Below, piece by piece: positions 53,146 to 61,066 of a stretch of 64,000 bases of DNA; the stretch's first letter is position 1; each line of letters opens with the position of its first letter. This DNA comes from Bacteroidales bacterium. Its GTDB lineage: Bacteria > Bacteroidota > Bacteroidia > Bacteroidales > PXBB01. Made by a program: the position numbers and the translations under genes. Where the stretch lies: the NCBI GenBank assembly GCA_028698995.1, contig JAQVVM010000014.1, positions 14,735 to 78,734 of the forward strand, given 5' to 3'. Below the pieces are notes generated by a model, which did not search any database, had not been told where the DNA came from, and saw nothing but the letters and a program-made list of their open reading frames with translations.

Positions 53146-54348
53146 ATGAAATTTTCAAAACTATTTAGAGAGAGAGAGAGCATTATTTTGCTAACCTTTA
53201 TGGTTACATTTTTTATTGCAATGATATATCCAACTTTTATAAGCACCCATGTAATGTATATACCAAATTTTGTAACTGCTTGGGACTTTTTAGGTGTTGA
53301 TTTATATGACGCAATAATTATTGTTAAAAATAAGTCAGGTTCTTATTCTCCTTTATCTGACTATCTATTTTTAGTAATTAGCAAACTCCCACATAAAGTA
53401 ACATATCGCTTATTTTTATTATTTAGTTTATCTTCAATAACTATAATATGTTTTTATTTGTTGCCTCGTATATCAAGCAATTACAGTTTAAATATTTCAT
53501 TAATTTTTTTTATTTTACTTGTTTCATCATACGGTTTTATGTTTGAATTAGAACGCGGACAGTGGAATATTATAACATTTCTTTTTATTTATTTATCATT
53601 GTTATTTTTTAAAAGGAATAACGTTTTTTTTTCAATTCTTTTCATTACAATAGCAATCCAGCTAAAAATTTATCCAGCAATTTTTATAATAATGTTTTAC
53701 AAGTCAAACCTCAGTGTTAAAGAAAATATATTATTCATTCTTAAACTTGGAATAATTAATCTTTTATTGTTATTTTCAAGGGGTTGGAATCATTTTTTAT
53801 GGTATATTAATGAAATCTTTATTTATTCAAATGACCCTTTTTGTTGGGCAGGCAATCATTCAATTTCGTCCTTTGCATCAGAGTTAAGCAAAAAATCTAT
53901 TTACCTACCCTTTTTACCTTATGTTCTATTCATACTATATATTATATGTCTTTCTATAATTTCTTACTTATCATATAAGAAAAGAATGCCTTTTTATAAC
54001 AAGTACATGTTTTTTATGTTAACAATTGGCTCTTTAATCATACCAAGTGTAAGTCACGATTATAAATTACCTGCTTTAGGTATTGCAACTTTATATTTCC
54101 TCTCAAATACTGAGTCAGTTTTTAACATTAAAAAAGGGTTTATATATTTGTTATTATTATTTACCATATTTCTAACATTCTATTCTTATACAAATTATAT
54201 TGGAAGATTTAATTTGTTAATTCTTAAAAATAAATTTTTATTAATATATTTTTCAGGAATTGTAAATACATTTTTATGCTTTGACGAATATTACAATATA
54301 AAAAAAACGAATTATTGCCCTAATGAATTAAGAAACGATGTAAGTTAA
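53146..54348 (+). CDS. polytopic membrane protein, GT-C / GT87 (DUF2029)-like glycosyltransferase candidate
   Basis: About 10-11 TM segments. FELERGQWNIITFLFIYLSL and IQLKIYPAIF resemble the GQ.N and K..P segments of DUF2029/GT87 proteins. A Wzy/ligase-like identity cannot be excluded by eye. Confidence 0.5.
   Translation: MKFSKLFRERESIILLTFMVTFFIAMIYPTFISTHVMYIPNFVTAWDFLGVDLYDAIIIVKNKSGSYSPLSDYLFLVISKLPHKVTYRLFLLFSLSSITIICFYLLPRISSNYSLNISLIFFILLVSSYGFMFELERGQWNIITFLFIYLSLLFFKRNNVFFSILFITIAIQLKIYPAIFIIMFYKSNLSVKENILFILKLGIINLLLLFSRGWNHFLWYINEIFIYSNDPFCWAGNHSISSFASELSKKSIYLPFLPYVLFILYIICLSIISYLSYKKRMPFYNKYMFFMLTIGSLIIPSVSHDYKLPALGIATLYFLSNTESVFNIKKGFIYLLLLFTIFLTFYSYTNYIGRFNLLILKNKFLLIYFSGIVNTFLCFDEYYNIKKTNYCPNELRNDVS
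53167..53180 (+). repeat. (AG)7 dinucleotide repeat in codons 8-12 of the GT-C-like gene
   Basis: AGAGAGAGAGAGAG read directly. It encodes RERES in MKFSKLFRERESII. Confidence 0.9.
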
Positions 54349-54678
54349 AAATTCAATGAGTTTTTTAATAAAATACTATAATTTCCCCTATAGGCACTAT
54401 CTTTTTATTGAGACGCTAGATAAAGAAAATTTACATTCTAAAGAACAAGTAATCAAGATATCTATCTCAAAAAGAATATTTAAAAACAAATTAATTATTT
54501 CATTTAGATTTCAGTAATAGCATTATTATCTCCATTTTGGAAGCAGTAAATTATATCTTATTCATGAGATTAATATTTTTTTTAAAACACAAATTAATAC
54601 AATTATTTAATAAAATGCATTCTTATTATATTGTTTTTTATTGTAAAAAATATTTTTTATTAATTTAAAAAAATGGAG

Positions 54679-54686
54679 TAAGTTTG
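54679..54686 (+). promoter_or_regulatory. candidate -7 box (TAAGTTTG)
   Basis: TAnnTTTG 49 nt upstream of the ATG at 54735, at the end of a 386-bp AT-rich gap. Confidence 0.3.
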
Positions 54687-54734
54687 TCTTAGTTTTTTAA
54701 AGTTTTTAAATTAAATATTGATATTTTATTATTT

Positions 54735-55751
54735 ATGTCTAATCCCTTAGTCACAGTTTTAATGCCCGTTTACAATACCGAAAAGTATATTGCAGAGGCT
54801 ATTGATAGTGTGTTGAATCAAACCTTTAGGGATTTTGAGTTTTTGATTATTGATGATGGTTCAACTGATGATTCGGTAAAAATTATAGAATCATATAATG
54901 ATAAAAGAATTCGTTTGGTTAGAAATGATAAAAACATTAAACTTATTGCAACGCTGAACAAAGGGATTGATTTGGCTTTAGGAAAGTATATTTGCAGAGT
55001 TGACGCTGATGATATTTGCATGCCAACAAGATTAGAAAAACAAGTTCGTTTTATGGAGCATAATCCTGATTTTGTAGCATGCTCATCGGGTGTTGAAATC
55101 TTCTATGAAAATTCTAACAAAAGATTTAATATCCTTTATGAGGAATATACTGACGAAATTAGGATTAAAACCATATATCAGAATCACTTTGTACACCCTT
55201 CATCTTTTATAAGAAAAGAATTCATAATTAATAGAGGACTTCGTTTCAGCTCTGAGTTCATTCACACAGAAGATTATTTCTTTTTCGTTAAACTCTCTGA
55301 ATTAGGCCAATTACATAATATTAAGGAATCTCTGGTTAAAGTTAGAAAACACATGACAAATGTTTCTGTTTTAAACTCTGATATTCAGGACAGAAATTCA
55401 ATAAATGTTATCAAATATCAGTTAAATAGAATTGGTATTTGTCCTGTTGATATTGATTTTGACTTGTATTTCAGGTTTTTTTACAGCAGTTTTGACTTTA
55501 CAACTGATGAAATTGAAAAGATTGAAAACCTTGTTATTGACATTATTAAATCTAATAATGCAAGTGAATACCTACCAACTGAGAAACTTAACACTTTTAT
55601 TTGCGATAAATGGTATCATCTATGTGTTAATTCTACAAGATATGGTTGGTGGGCTTACAAAAGATATAAATACTCCCCTTTAATAAAATATTTAAAAATA
55701 TCAAAGTTTAAAAAATTACGATTCATTATTAAATCACTACTTAAATATTAA
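54735..55751 (+). CDS. GT2 glycosyltransferase, paralogue of 46485-47510
   Basis: VLMPVYNTEKYIAEAIDSVLNQTFRDFEFLIIDDGSTDDS and RVDADDI. The similarity to 46485-47510 extends along the whole length, including the C-terminal KSLLKY. Confidence 0.8.
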   Translation: MSNPLVTVLMPVYNTEKYIAEAIDSVLNQTFRDFEFLIIDDGSTDDSVKIIESYNDKRIRLVRNDKNIKLIATLNKGIDLALGKYICRVDADDICMPTRLEKQVRFMEHNPDFVACSSGVEIFYENSNKRFNILYEEYTDEIRIKTIYQNHFVHPSSFIRKEFIINRGLRFSSEFIHTEDYFFFVKLSELGQLHNIKESLVKVRKHMTNVSVLNSDIQDRNSINVIKYQLNRIGICPVDIDFDLYFRFFYSSFDFTTDEIEKIENLVIDIIKSNNASEYLPTEKLNTFICDKWYHLCVNSTRYGWWAYKRYKYSPLIKYLKISKFKKLRFIIKSLLKY

Positions 55752-55786
55752 TTTTTTATATTACCATCATTTTTTCTGTTCAAAAC

Positions 55787-56767
55787 ATGACATATTACCT
55801 TATACTTTTTCATAAGACAAATTACATTCTCAACAAATTAGCAGAACAGCTTCAAGAGAGAATTTATTTGCATCCCTGTTTAAATTTAAAAAAAAGTAAT
55901 GAACAAATTAGAAACACTTTTAAGGAACAAGTTGTCATAACAGATAAACGATATAAGGGTAATTGGGGTGGATTTGGCATTGTCGAAGCTACAATTGAAG
56001 GCATTAGACAAATTCTCAAAGAACAACCCAATTGCACACATATTTCTTTATTGAGCGGTGTGGATTACCCTATAAAACCCATAAAAGAATACGAGCTTCT
56101 GCTTGCAAATAATCCAGAAAGAAGTTTTATCAAATATTGGGACTTTTATCCTTTTGATTCAATGGAAAGTGACACAACAAATCCATGGCATGAAGGTTCT
56201 ATGGTACAAAAATTAAGAATATCCAGGTATTATTTGAATTTATTTAACACTCGTTACAGCATCCCACCAATTGAAAATCATGGTTATTTTCAGTTCAATT
56301 TTTTTCAAAAGTTTAAGCATTTTATTCGGTTTAATGCAAAAGGTTTCACTAATAAATATTCAGAAGAATTTGTTCAATTTTTTTATAGTTTTATTTTTAA
56401 TTACCCAAGAGAAGCACCCTTAAAAACTATTTACGGAGGAAGTCAATGGTGGTCTATTTGCCGAAAACATGCAGAATATATTATCAATTATCACGACAAT
56501 AATAAAAAAATAATCGACTTTTTCAGATATACAATGTTACCTGATGAAACTTACATACAAACAATTCTTTTGAACAGTGAATATAAAAAAGATGTCATTA
56601 ATAATAATTTAAGACATATTAATTTTGAAGGAAACACCTTTCATCCTCAGATAATTACAACTAATCACCTTCAAGAGCTTAAATGCTCTGATGCATTTTT
56701 TGCCCGAAAGTTTGATGAAAAAACGGACACAAATATTATTGAATTAATTGAAAGAGAATTACTTTAA
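55787..56767 (+). CDS. GT14 (core-2 / I-branching 'Branch' domain) glycosyltransferase
   Basis: YYLILFHK, NWGGFGIVEATIEGI, GGSQWWSICRKH, LPDETYIQTILLNS. This is the typical GT14 motif order. Confidence 0.7.
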   Translation: MTYYLILFHKTNYILNKLAEQLQERIYLHPCLNLKKSNEQIRNTFKEQVVITDKRYKGNWGGFGIVEATIEGIRQILKEQPNCTHISLLSGVDYPIKPIKEYELLLANNPERSFIKYWDFYPFDSMESDTTNPWHEGSMVQKLRISRYYLNLFNTRYSIPPIENHGYFQFNFFQKFKHFIRFNAKGFTNKYSEEFVQFFYSFIFNYPREAPLKTIYGGSQWWSICRKHAEYIINYHDNNKKIIDFFRYTMLPDETYIQTILLNSEYKKDVINNNLRHINFEGNTFHPQIITTNHLQELKCSDAFFARKFDEKTDTNIIELIERELL

Positions 56768-56777
56768 ATTAAGCTAA

Positions 56778-57740
56778 ATGTTAACAGTCAGGAAGGTAAT
56801 TACAGAGGATTTCGACAATGTTATTGAGCTTTTAGAAATGTTCGACAATAAAGATATTGATAGGGAGCAGTGGAAGAGACTTTTTTCACCTGTTTGCACT
56901 AAACTCAATAACACTTTTTTTGGATTTGCATTGGTTCATGAAATCAAAATTGTAGGGTTTATAGCAGCTATTCAAAGCCAACGGGAAATAAACGGAAAAA
57001 TTTACAAATTTTGCAATATCAGCAGCTGGATTGTTCATCCTGCCTACAGAAAGGAAAAGAAAGGTTTTTTGCTTTTACAGGCTTTAATGGAAATGGAAGG
57101 TTTTAATTTTTACGTACTTTCGCCAGTAAAACACACATTTAATTATTACATTAATTACTATGGGTTTAAAGAAAATACATCTAAAGTAAGTACCGTTCCT
57201 GCACTTCCATCAATAAGAGGCATATTTAATAAACCGAATGTTTTAATTAATCATGAAGCAATTAAAAATTATTTAACCGAGACAGAAATAGAGCTTTATA
57301 ATGACCATCAGCTTGACAATATATTTCATATCCTATATTTTTATAAAAATAAACCTATATATTGCATAGTAAAGCCATGCAAATATTCTTCATACGTCTT
57401 GAATAGCTCTTTTATAATTAGGATTTTTACTAAAGGATGGTTTAAAATATTAAAAAAAGATTTCTTTAGTTCAAAAATTTTATTAGGCTTAGTACATTTT
57501 ACCAATAACCCTCTTCTCTTTTCTGAATCTTTAAACACAGTTGCATACACAATTTGTAAAGAAATAAAAATCAAAGGGTTAAGTATAAATGAGAAGTATC
57601 TCATTAAAAAACCATTATTTTTAATAAAAAACCACATTAATTATTCAGGCCTTTACAAAACCGATGAGCTTTCACAAGATGATTTTGATTCCCTATACTC
57701 TGAACTTACGCATATGAATTTAAACCATTTTCAGTTATGA
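56778..57740 (+). CDS. GNAT-like acyltransferase candidate (N-terminal domain) with an uncharacterised C-terminal half
   Basis: The N-terminal ~140 aa have a GNAT-like layout (VRKVITEDFDNVIELL ... IVGFIAA ... WIVHPAYRKEKKGFLLLQALME). This call is weak and made by eye only. Confidence 0.4.
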   Translation: MLTVRKVITEDFDNVIELLEMFDNKDIDREQWKRLFSPVCTKLNNTFFGFALVHEIKIVGFIAAIQSQREINGKIYKFCNISSWIVHPAYRKEKKGFLLLQALMEMEGFNFYVLSPVKHTFNYYINYYGFKENTSKVSTVPALPSIRGIFNKPNVLINHEAIKNYLTETEIELYNDHQLDNIFHILYFYKNKPIYCIVKPCKYSSYVLNSSFIIRIFTKGWFKILKKDFFSSKILLGLVHFTNNPLLFSESLNTVAYTICKEIKIKGLSINEKYLIKKPLFLIKNHINYSGLYKTDELSQDDFDSLYSELTHMNLNHFQL

Positions 57741-58789
57741 GTTTTATTACAGATAAATCGTTGGGTTTTTTTGTAAAAACAAGAGGGTATTTTTCAAAAT
57801 ATTTTTTTGGAGGAAAAGGTCTTGCATTGATGTTTCATCGTGTTAGACCGGAGAAATTAATGTCTGTTTTTGAACAAAACCGTAAATGGGAAATAACACC
57901 TGAACATCTTGAAAATGTCATAAAATTTTTCCAAAAGAAGAATTTTAGTATTATAAGAGCTGATGAAATTTACACTTATTTAAAGTCAGGTAAAAAAGAG
58001 CCTTTTGTTATTTTTACTTTCGATGATGGTTATTTAGATAATATTGAGTATGCTTACCCTGTATTCAGGAAATACAAAGTGCCATTCACAATTTTTATAA
58101 CTACTTCGTATGTTAAAGGCTCTCATTATCCATGGGAATTTTTGATTGAGTATACTCTATTAAATAACAGTAGTTTTTCTTTTAAATATTTAAACAAAGA
58201 ATTTTCATTTAATAATCTGAGCTTAAAAGACCGTTCTCAAGCATTTTCACAGATATACAGCATCATTAAAATCAAAAACAATCCCAAAATGCTTCATGAC
58301 ACACTGTTAAGTATTTTCAACGAACTTCCTAATATAAACTACAAAACAATAAATATAATTGACCCGAATACAATAAAGTCTCTAGCAACTGATGAAATTA
58401 TTAATTTTGATATACATTCTGAAAACCATTATGTATTCTCTCAATTATCAAAGGAGGAACAAGTATCAGACATAAAGAATGCAGGGATTTACTTATTTGA
58501 GCTGACAGGTAAAAATTCAAAAACAATGGCATATCCCTATGGTGGGCCAAAAGACATTAATGCTGATACTATTAAAGCTGTACAGAAAACCAAATTAGAT
58601 TTGTGTTTTACAACTTGGCCTGCGAATATTACTACCGATTTTAACAAATTTTTAATACCGCGCTATACAATTGAGATGAAAACAGATGAGCAGGAACTTA
58701 ATTATTTAATCAACGGGATAAGACACTTTTCATACAATGGGTTTAAGAGGATAAACAATTACAATATCAACCATCATTTAAATGAATAA
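57737..58789 (+). CDS. polysaccharide deacetylase (CE4 / NodB-homology) family protein
   Basis: LMFHRV, the FTFDDGYLDN metal-binding motif, FTIFITT, HSENH, AYPYGG. There is a 4-nt overlap with the upstream gene. Confidence 0.75.
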   Translation: MSFITDKSLGFFVKTRGYFSKYFFGGKGLALMFHRVRPEKLMSVFEQNRKWEITPEHLENVIKFFQKKNFSIIRADEIYTYLKSGKKEPFVIFTFDDGYLDNIEYAYPVFRKYKVPFTIFITTSYVKGSHYPWEFLIEYTLLNNSSFSFKYLNKEFSFNNLSLKDRSQAFSQIYSIIKIKNNPKMLHDTLLSIFNELPNINYKTINIIDPNTIKSLATDEIINFDIHSENHYVFSQLSKEEQVSDIKNAGIYLFELTGKNSKTMAYPYGGPKDINADTIKAVQKTKLDLCFTTWPANITTDFNKFLIPRYTIEMKTDEQELNYLINGIRHFSYNGFKRINNYNINHHLNE

Positions 58790-59822
58790 TTATATAAACA
58801 ATAAACTTATTGCATTCTTTGTAAAAACCAATGGTTTTTTTTCCAGAAAGCTTTTTTCTGGCTTGGGACATATTATCACCTTACATAGAGTTATTCCTGA
58901 ATCTGACTTTTTAATCCCTGAAAACAAAGCACTTGAAATCACACCGGATTTTCTCAAGCATTTGGTCATCTTCTACAGAAATAACAATTATGAATTTGTG
59001 ACTTTGGATACTCTTTACGATGTTTTAACAGGAAAGAAAAAGATAAGTAGAAGGATTGCTGTACTGACATTTGATGATGGATATAAAGATGTTTACACCC
59101 ATGCTTATCCACTTTTAAAAGCTCTTGAGATTCCAATGAACCTATATATTACCACAAGTTTTCCTGATAAAACTGCATTTATGTGGTGGTTTCTAATTGA
59201 GCAGCTTTTAAAAGGAAAAGAATTTATCCGGATTAACATTGATGGTGAAAATAAAAAAATTGCATGTTCAACAAGTCTGGAAAAACAAGAGGCTTTCAAA
59301 CACATAAGAATGTTGATCTTAAATAATTATATCAACTATCAGCAAATACTTAAACAGATTTTCTTAATAAACGATGTTGCATTTATAGATAATACAGAGG
59401 AATTATCATTAACATGGGAACAAATAAAACAAATGAGCACAGACCCCTTAGTCAATATAGCTGCACATACAGTCAACCATCCAATTTTCAACAGAATAAC
59501 AGAAACAGAAATTATTAATGAGGTTATAAGTTCAAAAACGATTATTGAACAACATATTAACAAAAAAGTCTCCCATTTCGCTTACCCTTATGGAGGTAAA
59601 GATGAGGTTGGTATAAGAGAATTTGACATCTTGAAGGAACTTGGTTTTAAAACCTGTTCCACTACACGGTTTTCAAATATCTTTAGTGGGCATCGAAGTC
59701 ACTTGGCATGTTTACCCCGAATACAGGTAGGCATGCACATGGTGGACGAAAAACTTAAAAATCTAGAAATGGGTATCACACAATTCAGCAAAAATAAATT
59801 CAATCGGATTGTAACTTTATAA
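58782..59822 (+). CDS. polysaccharide deacetylase (CE4) family protein, paralogue of 57737-58789
   Basis: ITLHRV, LTFDDGYKDVY, MNLYITT, AAHTVNH, AYPYGG. There is an 8-nt overlap with the upstream gene. Confidence 0.75.
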   Translation: MNNYINNKLIAFFVKTNGFFSRKLFSGLGHIITLHRVIPESDFLIPENKALEITPDFLKHLVIFYRNNNYEFVTLDTLYDVLTGKKKISRRIAVLTFDDGYKDVYTHAYPLLKALEIPMNLYITTSFPDKTAFMWWFLIEQLLKGKEFIRINIDGENKKIACSTSLEKQEAFKHIRMLILNNYINYQQILKQIFLINDVAFIDNTEELSLTWEQIKQMSTDPLVNIAAHTVNHPIFNRITETEIINEVISSKTIIEQHINKKVSHFAYPYGGKDEVGIREFDILKELGFKTCSTTRFSNIFSGHRSHLACLPRIQVGMHMVDEKLKNLEMGITQFSKNKFNRIVTL

Positions 59823-59843
59823 CATTTTTCCAACGACAGCAAA

Positions 59844-61034
59844 ATGGAACATATTCAAATCCGAAGAGCAGAACATACAGATATAGACAAATTAAGAGAG
59901 TTTTATGCTGAAGCTTACGGAACTAATTTTAAATATAAATATCCTGAGCGTTATAAATGGATTTTTGAAGAAAATCCATTTAACAAAGATGCCACTTTAC
60001 AAATTTTCATAGCTATTGACAATAAAGGGAGGATAATTGGGCATGCTGCTGCCAGCAAAGCTAAATGCAAGATATTTAATCATTTTACAGATTTAGGCTG
60101 GGGAGTAGATGCATTTAATTTATTAGAATACAGAGGACAAGGCATAGGTAAAAAGCTACAAAGAATCAATCAGGATGCACACACTGTTTTTGCCAGTGTT
60201 TCCATGACTGAAATAAACAAAATTATTAAACTAAAATTAGGAGCAAAAAAAGGACCTGCTTCATATACCTATGTAAAGTTTACAAATTTCGAAAAACGTT
60301 TCACTTCTCTGATAATTGGCATCTTACAATTCCGTTTAAATTTTAAAAGAATTTCAAAAGACTACAGTGTGGCCTTGACTAAATCAGACATATATGATGA
60401 TAAAGACACTGAATTATGGAATAAGACAAAATCCATTTATGATTTTGCTGTTGAGCGGGATGCTTACTATTTAAATTGGCGTTACAAAAAGCAGCCACAT
60501 ACAACTCATTATTGCCTGAGGGCTTACAATAGGGATAAAATCCTTTGCGGAATTCTTGTTTATAGGATAGCTGAAGAAGTAAATCCCAAAAGCATTATCA
60601 TTACTGAACTTTTCGGATTATCTGAAGAGCTAGGGGTTTTTAATGCATTACTAAAAGAGGTTGAAAAAATTTCGAAAGAAAGTAGTTTTTTGCAAATTCA
60701 GATAGCTGTGAGTGACAAAAATATAAAGAAAATCATTCTTGAAAAGGGATATATCCCTGTTTCAGAAAATAATCTTATTATCAACGGTCCTGAACATTTG
60801 ATTGGAGGACTATCTCAAGAATCAACAGCCATGATTACATTTGGAGATCAGGACTGGGATGAATATCCATTGGCAAAAAACCAATCTTTTTTTGAAATCA
60901 TCCAGAATACCTATTTCAACAACAAATATTTTTTAAAGAAAAATTTTATATTAAGAAATATTATTAAAATGTACTTTTTTTATCTAAAATTACGGTTTCC
61001 TCAAAGGAATCTTTCAAACAGGCAATCATTATAA
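59844..61034 (+). CDS. two-domain GNAT-family acyltransferase
   Basis: IRRAEHTDIDKLREFY and YRGQGIGKKLQRI (acyl-CoA-binding R/Q-x-x-G-x-G). The second half contains YYLNWRYKKQP, which is typical of tandem-GNAT (FemAB-like-fold) proteins in polysaccharide loci. Confidence 0.6.
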   Translation: MEHIQIRRAEHTDIDKLREFYAEAYGTNFKYKYPERYKWIFEENPFNKDATLQIFIAIDNKGRIIGHAAASKAKCKIFNHFTDLGWGVDAFNLLEYRGQGIGKKLQRINQDAHTVFASVSMTEINKIIKLKLGAKKGPASYTYVKFTNFEKRFTSLIIGILQFRLNFKRISKDYSVALTKSDIYDDKDTELWNKTKSIYDFAVERDAYYLNWRYKKQPHTTHYCLRAYNRDKILCGILVYRIAEEVNPKSIIITELFGLSEELGVFNALLKEVEKISKESSFLQIQIAVSDKNIKKIILEKGYIPVSENNLIINGPEHLIGGLSQESTAMITFGDQDWDEYPLAKNQSFFEIIQNTYFNNKYFLKKNFILRNIIKMYFFYLKLRFPQRNLSNRQSL

Positions 61035-61066
61035 TGGGCTTTCAAAGCCTGTTTAAAAACAAGATG

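Noticed and set aside
54356-54517. 53-aa ORF (MSFLIKYYNFPYRHYLFIETLDKENLH...) in the 386-bp gap after the GT-C-like gene
   Set aside because: It is short and AT-rich, with no recognisable motif or promoter box. It could be a gene remnant, but I cannot support a call.
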